A DNA stretch of 64,000 nucleotides. It comes from Heterodontus francisci. Lineage: Eukaryota. This document shows positions 13,178-24,478 of this stretch, in pieces. Location: positions 19,505,923 through 19,569,922 of the forward strand of contig NC_090412.1 of NCBI RefSeq assembly GCF_036365525.1. Direction: 5' to 3'. The notes under the pieces are model-generated. The model saw only the letters and a list, made by a program, of their open reading frames with translations, did not search any database and was not told where the DNA came from. A program made the position numbers and the translations under genes. The number at the start of each line of letters is the position of its first letter. The stretch's first letter is position 1.

Positions 13178-14481
13178 TGTTATGACGGTGTTTCTATATT
13201 TTTTTTCAAGATACAGCACTGAAACAGGCCCTTCGGCCCACCAAGTCTGTGCCAACCAACAATCATCCATTTATTCTAACCCTACAATAATCCCATATTC
13301 CCTACCTACACTAGGGGCAATTTATAATGGTCAATTTACCTATCACCTGCAAGTCTTTTGGCTGTGGGAGGAAACCGGAGCACCCGGCGAAAACCCACGC
13401 AGACACAGGGAGAACTTGCAAACTCCACACAGGCAGTACCCAGAATTGAACCCGGGTCCCTGGAGCTGTGAGGCTGCAGTGCTAACCACTGCGCCACTGT
13501 GCTGCCCCTTGTTAAGCATTTTTTTGAGGACTCCTGTATTTTAGAATTATGGACATTGTTTTATTTGTGAAAACTAAAAAGGATTCCATGGATGTTTTTT
13601 CACTGGGGTCATTGAGAAGACATTGAGAGGTCTTGTTTGAAAACAACATTTACTGGAAGTCACCTGTCTTCAGATAACTATCCAGCAAGGGCTTTTTGAC
13701 TTGGGGGAGATGTTTGCTAAGAAATGACAGATCAAGATTTAGAGGGGTCAGGAGGCTTGACTCTTGAGATATTGTTTTTGGTTTTGCTTTGGATAATGTG
13801 TTGGGTGTGAACTGTTTTGAAGGCAGTTGCAGAAAACCAGCCAACAGAGCAGTCACCATCAGCTCACCCTCTTCCATCTCTTTGAGAACTTCCTGAGAAT
13901 CAAGTGTAAGAAATAGAGAAACTCTTGCTGCATTTCTCCTGAAAATCCTGCCTGAAACCCTTGTTGCCACATTTCTCCTGGAAAGCCTGCCAAACTGATC
14001 TTCAACGTCACCTAAAAAGAACTGTTCTCGAAAGATCCCAATGACAGCCATCTACATGTGTTTGGGACACCAAACCACAAACAGACAATTGACATCGTTC
14101 CATATCTTCTCCCTTTTTCTTCAAGAATTAGCAAGTATCTGGCCAAAGAATTCTTTTTTTTTGTAACTGAGCTCTAAAGAGAAAATCTCTATTTTCCGGT
14201 AAACCGGTGTGTGCGTGTGTGTGAGGGGCTAAGGTAAAAAAGGAACTTTCATATTTCAGTCTGTGTGTTAATGCTTTGTTACTGGTTAAGTCTTGTTTTA
14301 TAATAAACTGATAATTTTGTTGTTTATTAAAGAAACCTGGTTGGTGTATTTTATTCTGGGGTAAAAATAGAGTCTATAATTGACCATATCAGCAACTGGG
14401 TAAACATTTAAATATATGTTGTGACCTGTGGAGAAGTGGAACTAGAAAGAACAGTGCACTCCTCCCACCTCATTCGTAACA
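13178..14481 (+). mobile_element. Solo LTR (Gypsy-type) with nested HE1 SINE
   Basis: TGTTATGAC...TCGTAACA termini; exact 4-bp TSD CTTT; AATAAA in the 3' part; 3' terminus matches the LTR ending at 42958. Confidence 0.8.
13208..13508 (-). mobile_element. HE1-type SINE nested in a solo LTR
   Basis: Same head and tail as the other copies, with an internal deletion. Confidence 0.88.
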
Positions 14482-14594
14482 CTTTAGACTAATAAAGTTA
14501 TACCTTAAGCTATAGGATGTCTGTAAGATACCTCCCTAAACCACAGTTATCTGGTCAACAAGGCACACTGAAACTTACAAATGTGAAGAAATAA

Positions 14595-15325
14595 TGGCCT
14601 AAAAATTACTGTGGCAGGCCAACAAAAGATGCCCGCTGATAGTTAGACTTGCCCCTGTCCATTTAACGTTGACAATATTTTGCCCTGCAAGTTACTGGAA
14701 GTGTGAGATGGAAATTGCATGGGCCCTCTGCAGGGAATCTGGGATCCATGTGAACTGGACATAACTGTACATCTCTTTAACCAATCAGACTGAAGGATTA
14801 TGAAATTTACAGTGCAAAGACTGAGAAGGAAGTGTAATTTTGAATGGCGAATTCAATGTCAAATCAAGTGCAAAAAGAGAAATAAGGAGAGGGAAGAAAG
14901 GTTGGATTGAGAGAGAAAAATGGGGGGAAAAAGTTAATTTATTTAGACCTCAAACAACTCAAGCCTAAAGGAATGAGACTTCACACTTGTAATAGTTAAT
15001 TTTCAGTGCCAGAGAGGTTAATTGATGGTAATTAACACTTAGCAGACCATTTAAAGAGTACTTGGGCTTGAAATGTCTTGACTTAACTTTCTGCAGCAAG
15101 TTTAGTTTTATTTACCATGCAAGTACAGAAACCTCTTGCTGCTCAAGGCATTTGAATGGTGAGCCAGACAGTGAGATGCCATTTTCGCAAAGTTAACACC
15201 GGAGCGGCTCGACTCTGACAGCAACTTTTGATTCCCTCATTTAATTGTGCTCACTTGAAGTTGCTGTGGCATTGTTGCACATAATAGCTAGCCTCAATGT
15301 TATTTTGACAGTACTTTTTGGGCCA
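14595..15325. mobile_element. Non-autonomous DNA transposon (MITE-like)
   Basis: Terminal inverted repeats TGGCCTAAAAATTACTGT / ACAGTACTTTTTGGGCCA (2 mismatches); interior resembles 43430-44180 in reverse. Confidence 0.6.
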
Positions 15326-15539
15326 CAGACTGCATCTTTCACTACCATTGAGTAATGCGTTTACAAACAAAGGAACCAGCAGAGACATCAGGGTAGAAGT
15401 TCCTACTGGTGAAATGCTCGGTAACTAGTGAGTTCATGAACATACCAGCTCCCTGATGTGCTGATGTGCTCAGACTTGATTATCTGCTGATGGACAGAAT
15501 GTGCAAACTCTAAGTTATTGCCAATGGGGAAGGAATCCT

Positions 15540-16750
15540 TAAGAGGTAGATTTATTTTTCCTGACATGCCATTCCAAGGATGGGATTGCTTTCAATTATG
15601 CTTATCATAAGGATTTCATGAAAGAGTATAAAGAACATCTTTTTGGGAAGGAAATCGTGGTTTGAAAAGTCTCTTGGAGTTCTTTTGAAGAGATAAGGAA
15701 CTTTGAAGAAAGGGTAAAGTAAGTATATCTTATTCGTATAGATTTCAGTGAAGTTTATTTTATAGAGCCACCTAGACAACTGGTCCACAAGGTTGAAAGA
15801 CAGGCGAATGTTACTGAAATGGAATTAAAAATAACTGAAGTAGAGGAAGCAAAGGGTGGTTGTACATGGCACTGGAAGGAGCTAACTGGTAGGGTTCTTT
15901 GAGGAACAATGTTGGGGTCATTGCTGATCACAATGTAGTAAAGTGTCTTGGAAGTAAGGAAACAAAGCTCTCCAAGTTTTCAGATGACACAACACTGGGA
16001 AGGAGAGTTCTGAAAACAACTGGAAATAGATTGAATAGATACAGAAGGAACTGGATAGATTGTGGAAGGTCAGATATTATTCAATGTAGACCAATGCAAA
16101 ATCATAAGTTTGGGAACAGATAATAAACATTGGCAACATAAAAAAGTATTTGCATTTATATAATGCCTTTCACAATCTCAGGACATCCCAAACCACTTTA
16201 CAGCCAATTAAGTACTTTTGAAGTGTAGTTGCTGTTGTAATGTAGGTATATAAGCAAAATGGCATTATTGTACAGGATACCACACAGGAGAGGGATTTGG
16301 GGCTATTGATAGATAAACCGCTGAAGCTATCAGCAAAATGTGTAGCAACAGTAACAACAGCATGTAGATCTTGGGCCATATATCAAGTGGAAAAGAGCAC
16401 AAATCTGAGGAAGGGATTCTAAGTTCACCTGCTCCATGTTGTTTCCAGCAGGTATTGGTCTCTATCTGGTCTTGTCAACACCCTAAACAAGTGTAATGAT
16501 GCATTCTTTCAATTCATAAAAGGAACTAGTGGAATATGGAAGAGCAGAAACCAAGGGATGAGGGGACAAGAAAAAAACAATGATAAGCCAAAAAGGTAAC
16601 TATTTTGCCTTAGATTGGTTGACTGATGGGATATAATGTCACTAGTGCATCAAATGTAGACTTATTTGAAGCCTTCAAAAATAGATGATCGATTCTTGAT
16701 TAGATAAAGAGGGAGAGACAGGTTATCAATAAAGTGATGAATACTGTCCA
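15540..16750 (+). mobile_element. Old degenerate CR1 LINE interrupted by a SINE tail (~16140-16245)
   Basis: LSKFSDDTTLG and ERDLGLLID-like remnants. Confidence 0.55.
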
Positions 16751-17597
16751 AATAGGTCACATAAACCGACCCAAACAATAGATTAAATAAATGTACTGAG
16801 TGATCATTTCTGATTACACTAAATACTATAGATTAATTTAGGCAGACGTTCCAATTATTACAAGGTTAAAGCATGCATTCCTTTAACAAAAGCTAATATA
16901 TCAACCATGGTCGCATTCACAAGATTTTAAGGACCATGTGCTTGCTACATTCTAAATGCATTTAGAAAATTGTCTTATCTACTTAAGGGTTATAACAAAT
17001 ATTCCAGCCTATTTTATGTTGGTAAAAAGGGATTTCAAGATGATTAAAGCAAAAGGCATGTCTGTCCCCAAGCTCCAGTATGTATCAGAACATTCATTAT
17101 AGCCATATAAAGGCTTCAGTTATGCAAGCCTTAAATTAAACCCTAATTAACGATGACTTGCAATGTATTTTGTTAAATAGCTGAAAGTGTTTCAGTTTGT
17201 GGAGAAACACTGTAAACACATTGTACTATTATTGCTCAAAGTAATTGTTATCTGTAAAATACATGTCATAGTGTTGCGTGCTGTCATTACATCAGTGCTT
17301 TAGAACGTTTCTGCATTCTTGGCACATGGATTGGATCTTCACATATTTCATTTATCTTCATGAACACAACAAGTGTAACTCCTGATGCACTCACGCTTTC
17401 ACAACTGAAACTTGTAAGAGTGGATCGTTCTCTATAAATATGCAAAAACTGCAAGTTCAAATGAGTTGTTTCTTTTCGCTAAATTTTAGCACAAATGTTT
17501 GTACGGAAGTTGTTATTGTATCAGCCTCTCACACAGTATGTAGGTAATGGAATGTGTAATCTGAGCCTGGGGGATATGAGGGGTGTAATACTTTTTC

Positions 17598-17742
17598 AGG
17601 GTGAAATTGGACTTGGCGGGGACAATAAAACAAGCAAAACGGCTTCGACTGTGCATTATATGCCCGACCAATATGTAGTTCTATTGAAGCCAACTGAATA
17701 TTAGGCAGGGTGTATAACAGGCGATACTACCAATTTCGCTCC
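17598..17742. mobile_element. Short MITE-like element upstream of GDF2
   Basis: GGGTGAAATTGG ... CCAATTTCGCTCC inverted termini. Confidence 0.4.
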
Positions 17743-18861
17743 AACATCACCCCAACCCCCATGTCCACCTCCCGGAATTGGTATGACATCCCTCACCTAC
17801 AATCTAATGGAGGCATGAACGCATTGAAGTTAAAAGAATGGAAACCTGCGTTAAATTAGCACACAGAGGAATATTGGATGAATGTGCTGGCTGTTGGCAG
17901 ATAATGGAATCTAACATGTCTGTTTGGCTATTTTTACACAATCTTAAAAATTCTCATTCAGATACGTTTTATTTTTGCCATTTTGGAATTCTTTAGATAC
18001 ATGCTATCAATACACCCAGATCAATTCATTCATTAATGGTTGTAATTCATTAGCAAGTCTGTTAAATATTACTTGCCAGCTTCTCCAAATGTTAAACTTA
18101 ACCATGGAAGGCAGCACTGCTTCCACTTTCCCTGTCTTTTAATAAATTCAATGATAAACTGTGAGCGGGTTGTCACTCTACTTAAACCAATGGTGGGAAA
18201 ACACTTTTGACACAAAGCAGACGGGATCCTGCGCAGGCCGTCAAAAATTGTATTAGTTAACTGATAATTTGAAAATAAGGTTAAGACTGTAATTAAATCC
18301 TCCTTAACGGGGGTGGGGGGGGGGGGGTCCTATTCAGCCAAATGAAACAGCAGTCGGACCATTGAATACTGGTTGGCTTGACACTTGCTTACTCAAGAAC
18401 TGTTTTTAAAACACACGGCGAACCCGAAAAGTAATTTGCGGTCTAGAAGGCTGTGATCTGTTGAAAGAAACTTTCTTGTGAAGTTTGTGGAGAATTGGCA
18501 GCAATTTGGTGGAAATAATTAGACCCTGACCCCGGAGCGCAGAACATAACTGGCTGTGGTATACATTGTCCTTCCCATTAGCCCAATGCGTTCATCAACT
18601 GTTTACAGAATCTTCATTAACTAAGAGGGTTGCAAGATAAGGGGAACTCAAGCAGGGCATCAATGGCCAAGATAAGACTCTGCATCTGTGCAATGATATT
18701 GGTAGAAGGAGTTCTGCAGTAGCACAGAGCACAAGGCGCAAGCCAGGAACAACCAATTTATTGCAGAAGTCGCATTTGCTTTCATTGTTCCTTGGAGGTG
18801 CACTGCGCCAATACAATTAATATATTGCAAGAGTCTGCCTAGAATCCCAGAACCAGACGCA

Positions 18862-19204
18862 ATGCTCTGTGCTACCTGGTTCGCAGTGGTGTCTTCTCTA
18901 AGTTTCCTGTTGCAAGTTGCAACGTGCAAACCGCTTAACGGTTGGGGCCAGTCAACGGATGAAGAGGGAGTCCAAAATGACGACAATGAAGAGGTCCCAG
19001 ATGAAGACGCTGGGTTCGACTTCAACGCGTTTTTGGAAAGCATGAAGGACGAGTTCTTGCGGAGCTTAAACTTGTCAGATATCCCTTTGCAAGATGCAGC
19101 CAAAGTGGAGCCGCCGCAGTTCATGATCGACCTGTACAACAAGTTTGCCACCGACAGGTCATCCATGCCGTCTTCAAACATCGTAAGAAGCTTTAGAAGC
19201 GAAG
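18862..19204 (+). CDS. GDF2: GDF2/BMP9 (BMP9/10 subfamily) exon 1: signal peptide and N-terminal prodomain
   Basis: ATG at 18862, hydrophobic leader MLCATWFAVVSSLSFLLQVATCKPL, prodomain motifs FLRSLNLS and PPQFMIDLYNKFATDRSSMPSSNIVRSF; phase-1 donor GAAG|GTAAAT at 19204/19205. Symbol rests mainly on synteny with RBP3 and ZNF488. Confidence 0.88.
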
Positions 19205-19714
19205 GTAAATACATATCCCAAGTCTAGAGAAGCATCTGCGAATCTTGTACCGAGAGACTAAAGAAGTGTAACAATACTCCCGGCCTGTAATAATCCGCTT
19301 TAATGGATATTAGTACTGAGATGTGCAGACAACTGCTTCACAATTATAACTGCAGCAAACGCGAAATATTTATTCGGCTAAGCACTGATGTAAAGATGCC
19401 ACCAAGTATGAAACTATTTGAAGTAAACTAATGTGTAGAATTTTTGATGATGCCATTGGCTTCGACCAATGACCTATTTTTGACAGCTCTTACTCAAATA
19501 CAAGAGCTTTGGCGAAGCCAACTGCATTATTTATCAGTATATATCTCAATCTATGAATTTATAGACGTGAAATAGTAAAAGTATAAGATTGGATATGCGG
19601 TTTATATAACGCTCTGATGATTTTGAGGGTTTCGATGTAACTTTTAGATCGGGGGTGTAGTTTTAAGTCTTGGATACTCCACTTCTTTTTTTGAAACAGT
19701 TGCTATTTTCCTAG

Positions 19715-20664
19715 ATACCACATCCATTTTCCCAGTGGGCGAAAACGAAGTGAGGAGGCACACCCTGGTCTTTAACATCTCCATCCCTCGTCACGAAGAG
19801 ATCACCATGGCTGAGTTGAGACTGTACACCTTCGTTGCGAGAGACAGGAGAATGTATGAAGGTGTGAACAGGATTGTCACGGTTTACGATATGGAGGAGG
19901 CAGACAGGAGCTTGCAAGAGGGGTCCACCCAAGCCGAGCTGTCACTGCTCGTCTCCAAACAGATCAATGGCAAGGACAGCGGCTGGGAAGCCTTTGATGT
20001 GACCGATGCCATCAAGCGTTGGTTCAAATCCGGCCGCGCCACTCATCGGCTGGAAATTCACATCCAGAACGCCGAGGAAGGCGCGCCCGAGCTGCTGGAT
20101 CTGGAGCTGGAGCCGGGCTCGGAAAACAAAAACGTGCCCTTGCTGGTAGTGTTCTCGGATGACCGGGGTCATGGCAAGAGGGAATCCGGGGATGAGATGA
20201 AGGAGATGATGGTGCATGAGCAGGAGATGGTGCTGGAGGAGCTGGCGGAGAGGTCCTCCTCTCCTGGGCACGCTGAGGAGCTGATCAGAGCGCAGACCAT
20301 GCTCTCCTATGACTCCTCATCCAGAACGCGCAGAAACGCCAAAGGCAATTACTGCAAGCGGTCCCCTCTCCACGTGGACTTCGCCGAGATCGGCTGGAAT
20401 TCCTGGATAATCGCCCCCAAGAGTTACGAGGCGTACGAGTGCAAGGGGGTGTGCTATTTCCCCCTGACTGACCATGTCACCCCCACCAAACACGCCATTA
20501 TCCAGACACTGGTGAACCGCTCCAACCCCAAGAAAGCCTCCAAGGCGTGTTGCGTGCCGACCAAGCTCGATCCCATCTCCGTGCTGTACAAGGACGATGC
20601 CGGGGTCATCACGTACAAGTACAAGTACGAGGGTATGGTAGTAGCCGAGTGTGGCTGCAGATAG
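19715..20664 (+). CDS. GDF2: GDF2/BMP9 exon 2: rest of prodomain, furin site RTRR, mature cystine-knot TGF-beta domain
   Basis: Acceptor ttttcctag|AT restores the SED junction in frame; FNISIPRHEEITMAELRLY; RTRR|NAKGNYC...CCVPTKL...ECGCR then TAG. Joined CDS is 1293 nt (430 aa). Confidence 0.9.
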
Positions 20665-20955
20665 GGGGAAGTGGCCGCTGCAACCCGTGCAGCCGACTCT
20701 GTCTCGCACACTTGTAAATCTGTACATTTGGGATGCAAATTTATATATTTGTTTATTTAATGACAACATATGTACAGCTGACCAATATAAATCGTTCAAC
20801 CTTACGCTGGCTAAGGGTAGAAGATCTCATGGAGAAGGTTTCACTGTAAATACATACAAGCTATAGAGTACTGCGCGGGAAGGTTTATTGTGCTGTGTCG
20901 AATGCGCATTTGCTCCTGAGCTCACTTTGGGTCTGTTTTAACTTCACAGTCGAAC

Positions 20956-20961
20956 AATAAA
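20956..20961 (+). promoter_or_regulatory. Candidate polyadenylation signal of GDF2
   Basis: AATAAA about 290 nt after the stop codon. Confidence 0.5.
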
Positions 20962-22084
20962 ATGTTAAGTATTGCATTTCGATGCCCCCCCTCATCTCTA
21001 TGTCAAGGATGGTCTGAAAGCGGTACAGCGAAAGGGATTGGTTTATTTATATTCATCTGTGAATCTCTGATATCCCTGAGAACGTGCTGAGTGACAAAAG
21101 GTCGCAATCCTAAGCGCAAGTCTTATCCTACAACATACCACTCTCATTCCCCCCCCCCCCCCACTCTGCTGTGTCGTATGCTTAACAGATAACACATGCC
21201 TGTACAGTCACTTCCTGCAAGCGAATAAATACTTTATCAAAAAACCAGATAGATAAACTGCTTTTTTCCAGTACATGCTCGCTATTAGCAAAAAGTCAAG
21301 AGGTCAGAACACAACAGGACAACGAAATCTTGGGCAAGGGCGGCTTGTTTCTGGGATCTTTACCCCGCCTGAGTTTATTAGCACCATCTCGTGTTGCAAA
21401 AGTTTGCAAATGTATTAGAATTAGGCGGGAAAACTATTTATAACTGCGTGTAAAGGATATTTCTAATTCTTCTCACAAGTGGAATCGATTGATTGGGATG
21501 TAGACAGCACTGTGGCAAGTTGTTCAATAATTAATTCCTATTATAGACAGTAATATCGAAAAGCGTGGATAAATATTGCCAAATGAATTAGGAACAATGT
21601 GCCCAATATAAACTTTAATTACAATCAAGTTTCTGGTGCAAATAATCAGCCCTGTGCTATGACCTACATGATTTTAATCCTGTAGCAAACCTAGACATAT
21701 CGACACAAAATACGGAATAAACACATCGAATAGGGAAAAATATACTTCCAAAGGCATTTATTTACCAGGGTTCAGAGTTCCATAATAGTCACCGATTTTA
21801 ACATTTGACAAACTATGTTTTAACCTGCAAATGAGTTCTTTAAAGACCCGCGTGCACAACTAAAATATCAAATGAGTACCTGCTTGACTGGACTTAAATT
21901 AATTTAACTTGAGGATCCGCCAATGTGCTGTTAACCTGCGCATCAAATGGAAGCACGCTTCAGAGTGCGCCCTGCACTTTATTTGTGAGCAATGTGAACA
22001 ATCATATGGGGGGGGGGGAGAGCCAGTAGGGGTTTATCCAGAATGTTACACGTGATCTTGCTGTTTTCCAGCATCTATGAAGAT

Positions 22085-22510
22085 TGTGCCCTTACATTGA
22101 GATACTGTCCACAGACGCTTTACATCCAATGAAGTACTTTTTGAAATGTAAGGAAATGTAGCAGCCATATTGCGCACAGGAAGATCCCACAACAGCAATG
22201 AGATTATGAGTAGATCATCTGGTTTAGCTATGTTGGATGAGCGATACATACTGGCCAGGACACTGGATAGAACTCAAACTGGCTCTTTTTGAAGCCTTCT
22301 TCACATAGTGGCTTGGGACCTTTTATATCCACCTGAAAGGACAGACAGGGCCTTGGTTTAACATTTCATCAGAAAGATGGCACCTCCGACAGTGCAGCAC
22401 CCCCGAGGTGTTGCATCTACGTGTCAGTCTGGACTGTGTGCTTAAGTCTCTGGAGTGGGGCTTGAACCCACAATCTTCTGATTCATGGGGGTCAGTGCTA
22501 CGACTGAGTC
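22085..22510 (-). mobile_element. Deu-domain SINE
   Basis: Same family motifs (CATCAGAAAGATGGCACCTCCGACAGTGCAGCAC). Confidence 0.7.
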
Positions 22511-23049
22511 TTTGAATAGTGATACAAATTGTCGATGTTTTTGTCAATTTCTAGGCTTGATTCAGTTTCTTGCTTACCTAGTTAATATTGTAATGTTAAA
22601 GGTAGCTTCAGTACTGTAGTATGGAATATTTAGAACACATGTACCCTGATATTAATCACAGTAAAAGCTTGCTTGCGGCAGACAGTGTTGTAAGACATCC
22701 CTCCACCGCCACCCTCCCTACACCTCCCCCCCCACCCCCTCCCCACAGCCCTACCCACAGCCCTACCCCTGCCCAGCAACAGTAAAGTATTTTTTGATTG
22801 ATTGCTGGAAAATAACTTGACAGTTTGTTCCTTACCCACTGTAGCTAAATAGATAGAACAGTTACATAAATAAATCCCTATGTATTATGGGGTTCAAATT
22901 GGTTTATACCCATGTCATCCATTTCAATAGAATTGCAATTTTTGTAGCGAATTCCAACAAATATGCAATTTTTTAAAACTCTTTTGCATCTCTTCTTTAC
23001 TTTTATATGTCAAGGATGGTCTGAAAGCGGTACAGTGAAAGGGATTGGT

Positions 23050-23425
23050 GTCACTGGCAAACCCAGCATTAATTGCCCTTGAGAAGATGGTGGTGGCAAC
23101 TGTTTGGCTTGCTAGGCCATTTCAGCTGGCAGTTAAGAGTCCAGAACCTTGCTGTGGATGTGGAGGCACATATACCCTGGGTCAGTTAAGGAAAGCAGAT
23201 TTCCTTCCCTCAAGGACATTAGTGAACCATTTAGATATTTCCTGACAATCCAGTAGTTTCATGGTCACCATTACTGACGCTAGCATTTTAGTACAGGTTT
23301 TATTTATTTCATTGAATTTAAATTCCCCATCTGCCATGGTGGGATTTGAAATCATATACTCAAGATCATTAGTCCAGTCCTTTGGGCTACGCGTCCAGTC
23401 ACATAACCACTTTGCTACTGTACCT
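23050..23425 (-). mobile_element. tRNA-derived SINE of a further family with a LINE-like tail
   Basis: Minus strand starts AGTAGCAAAGTGGTTATG and carries TTCAAATCCCACCATGGCAG; its tail (TTGCCCTTGAG..GTGGT on +) is shared with the LINE end near 5060. Confidence 0.6.
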
Positions 23426-24274
23426 TACGGAACATTGCTACAACACAAGTTAGTGATACGAAAAGCTTCTATTTTATTTAATGTTTAAATCAAGACTTTT
23501 ATTCAGAACATCCTTCTAAACTTGAGTAATGGTGCAGCTGTTCCAAAATTCACTCCATTGTTTTGAATTCTGAGTGCAAATAAAAAATAAACACTGCTAG
23601 CATAACTATTTAGATTGCATTATGAACTACAAGACCTGCTCAAAGTCATTTCTGTCCCAATCATTTTCGAATCATTGGCGATTACCAATTAGAATTGGTG
23701 CTTGCTTCCTTCTGTATTTCCCAACAATAGGCATGCTAGGTTAGCTAGTATACACAACTTTTGTTTTTAAAAATTATTTCAGTAAACTTAGGATTCATAT
23801 TGTATCTTGATTTTTTTTATAAATGCAAATTACCATAAATATCTTGCTCATAGCTTTGCTGGGGCTACTTTCTGTACTAATTTTCAATCAATGGGTAAGT
23901 GCAGAACAGATTGGGCTTACAAACAGCAAGTCCTGGCATATCCTATGAATGATCAATCTTGTTGTGAATCACTTTTGTAAAAATCCCATGTGTTTTGGGC
24001 AATTTGGTGAGTCACTTGAGCTACGAATAAAGGCTTCATGATCCCCAGCCTGAGGTTTCTCACATAGACACAGGCATCTGACAGAAAACATTGCCACAGC
24101 CATCTCAAACACAAAACCGCTGTTGTATAGGTATGTTTTATCACTTTCTTGAATCTTTCTAACCCAAGTTGCTGTTATGTTACCAACCTCATTTACAGTA
24201 GCAAGTACTCAACTTAATGAAGAGCCAAGATGATGGTTAAAAGGATTTTCAAAACATATTTGGAGAATTCAAGG

Positions 24275-24478
24275 TCAGCCATGTGGCCTTGTCCAATCTA
24301 CACCTTCTCCTTTGTTATCTCTTGCCCCACCCCCACCTCACTTGCTTATAACCTGTGACATTTTTAATATTTGTCAGTTCCGAAGAAGGGTCACTGACCT
24401 GAAACGTTAACTCTGCTTCTCTTTCCACAGATGCTGCCAGACCTGCTGAGTGGTTCCAGCATTTCTTGTTTTTATTTG
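24275..24478 (+). mobile_element. Penelope-like terminal fragment
   Basis: CAGATGCTGCCAGACCTGCTGAG...CCAGCATTTCTTGTTTTTATTT plus a hammerhead-like core; decayed relatives near 8045, 28100 and 49450. Confidence 0.65.

Noticed and set aside
18660-19214. Antisense ORFs over GDF2 (likewise those over RBP3 and ZNF488)
   Set aside because: Shadow ORFs of GC-rich coding sequence with no recognisable domains
18862-20664. Calling the gene BMP10
   Set aside because: The mature N-terminus is BMP10-like, but the RBP3/ZNF488 neighbourhood and several BMP9-type motifs favour GDF2; kept as an open finding
22695-22775. C-rich tract as a functional G-quadruplex (also poly-G/C runs near 18310, 42260 and 45380)
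   Set aside because: Low-complexity runs are common in this window and nothing ties them to a function
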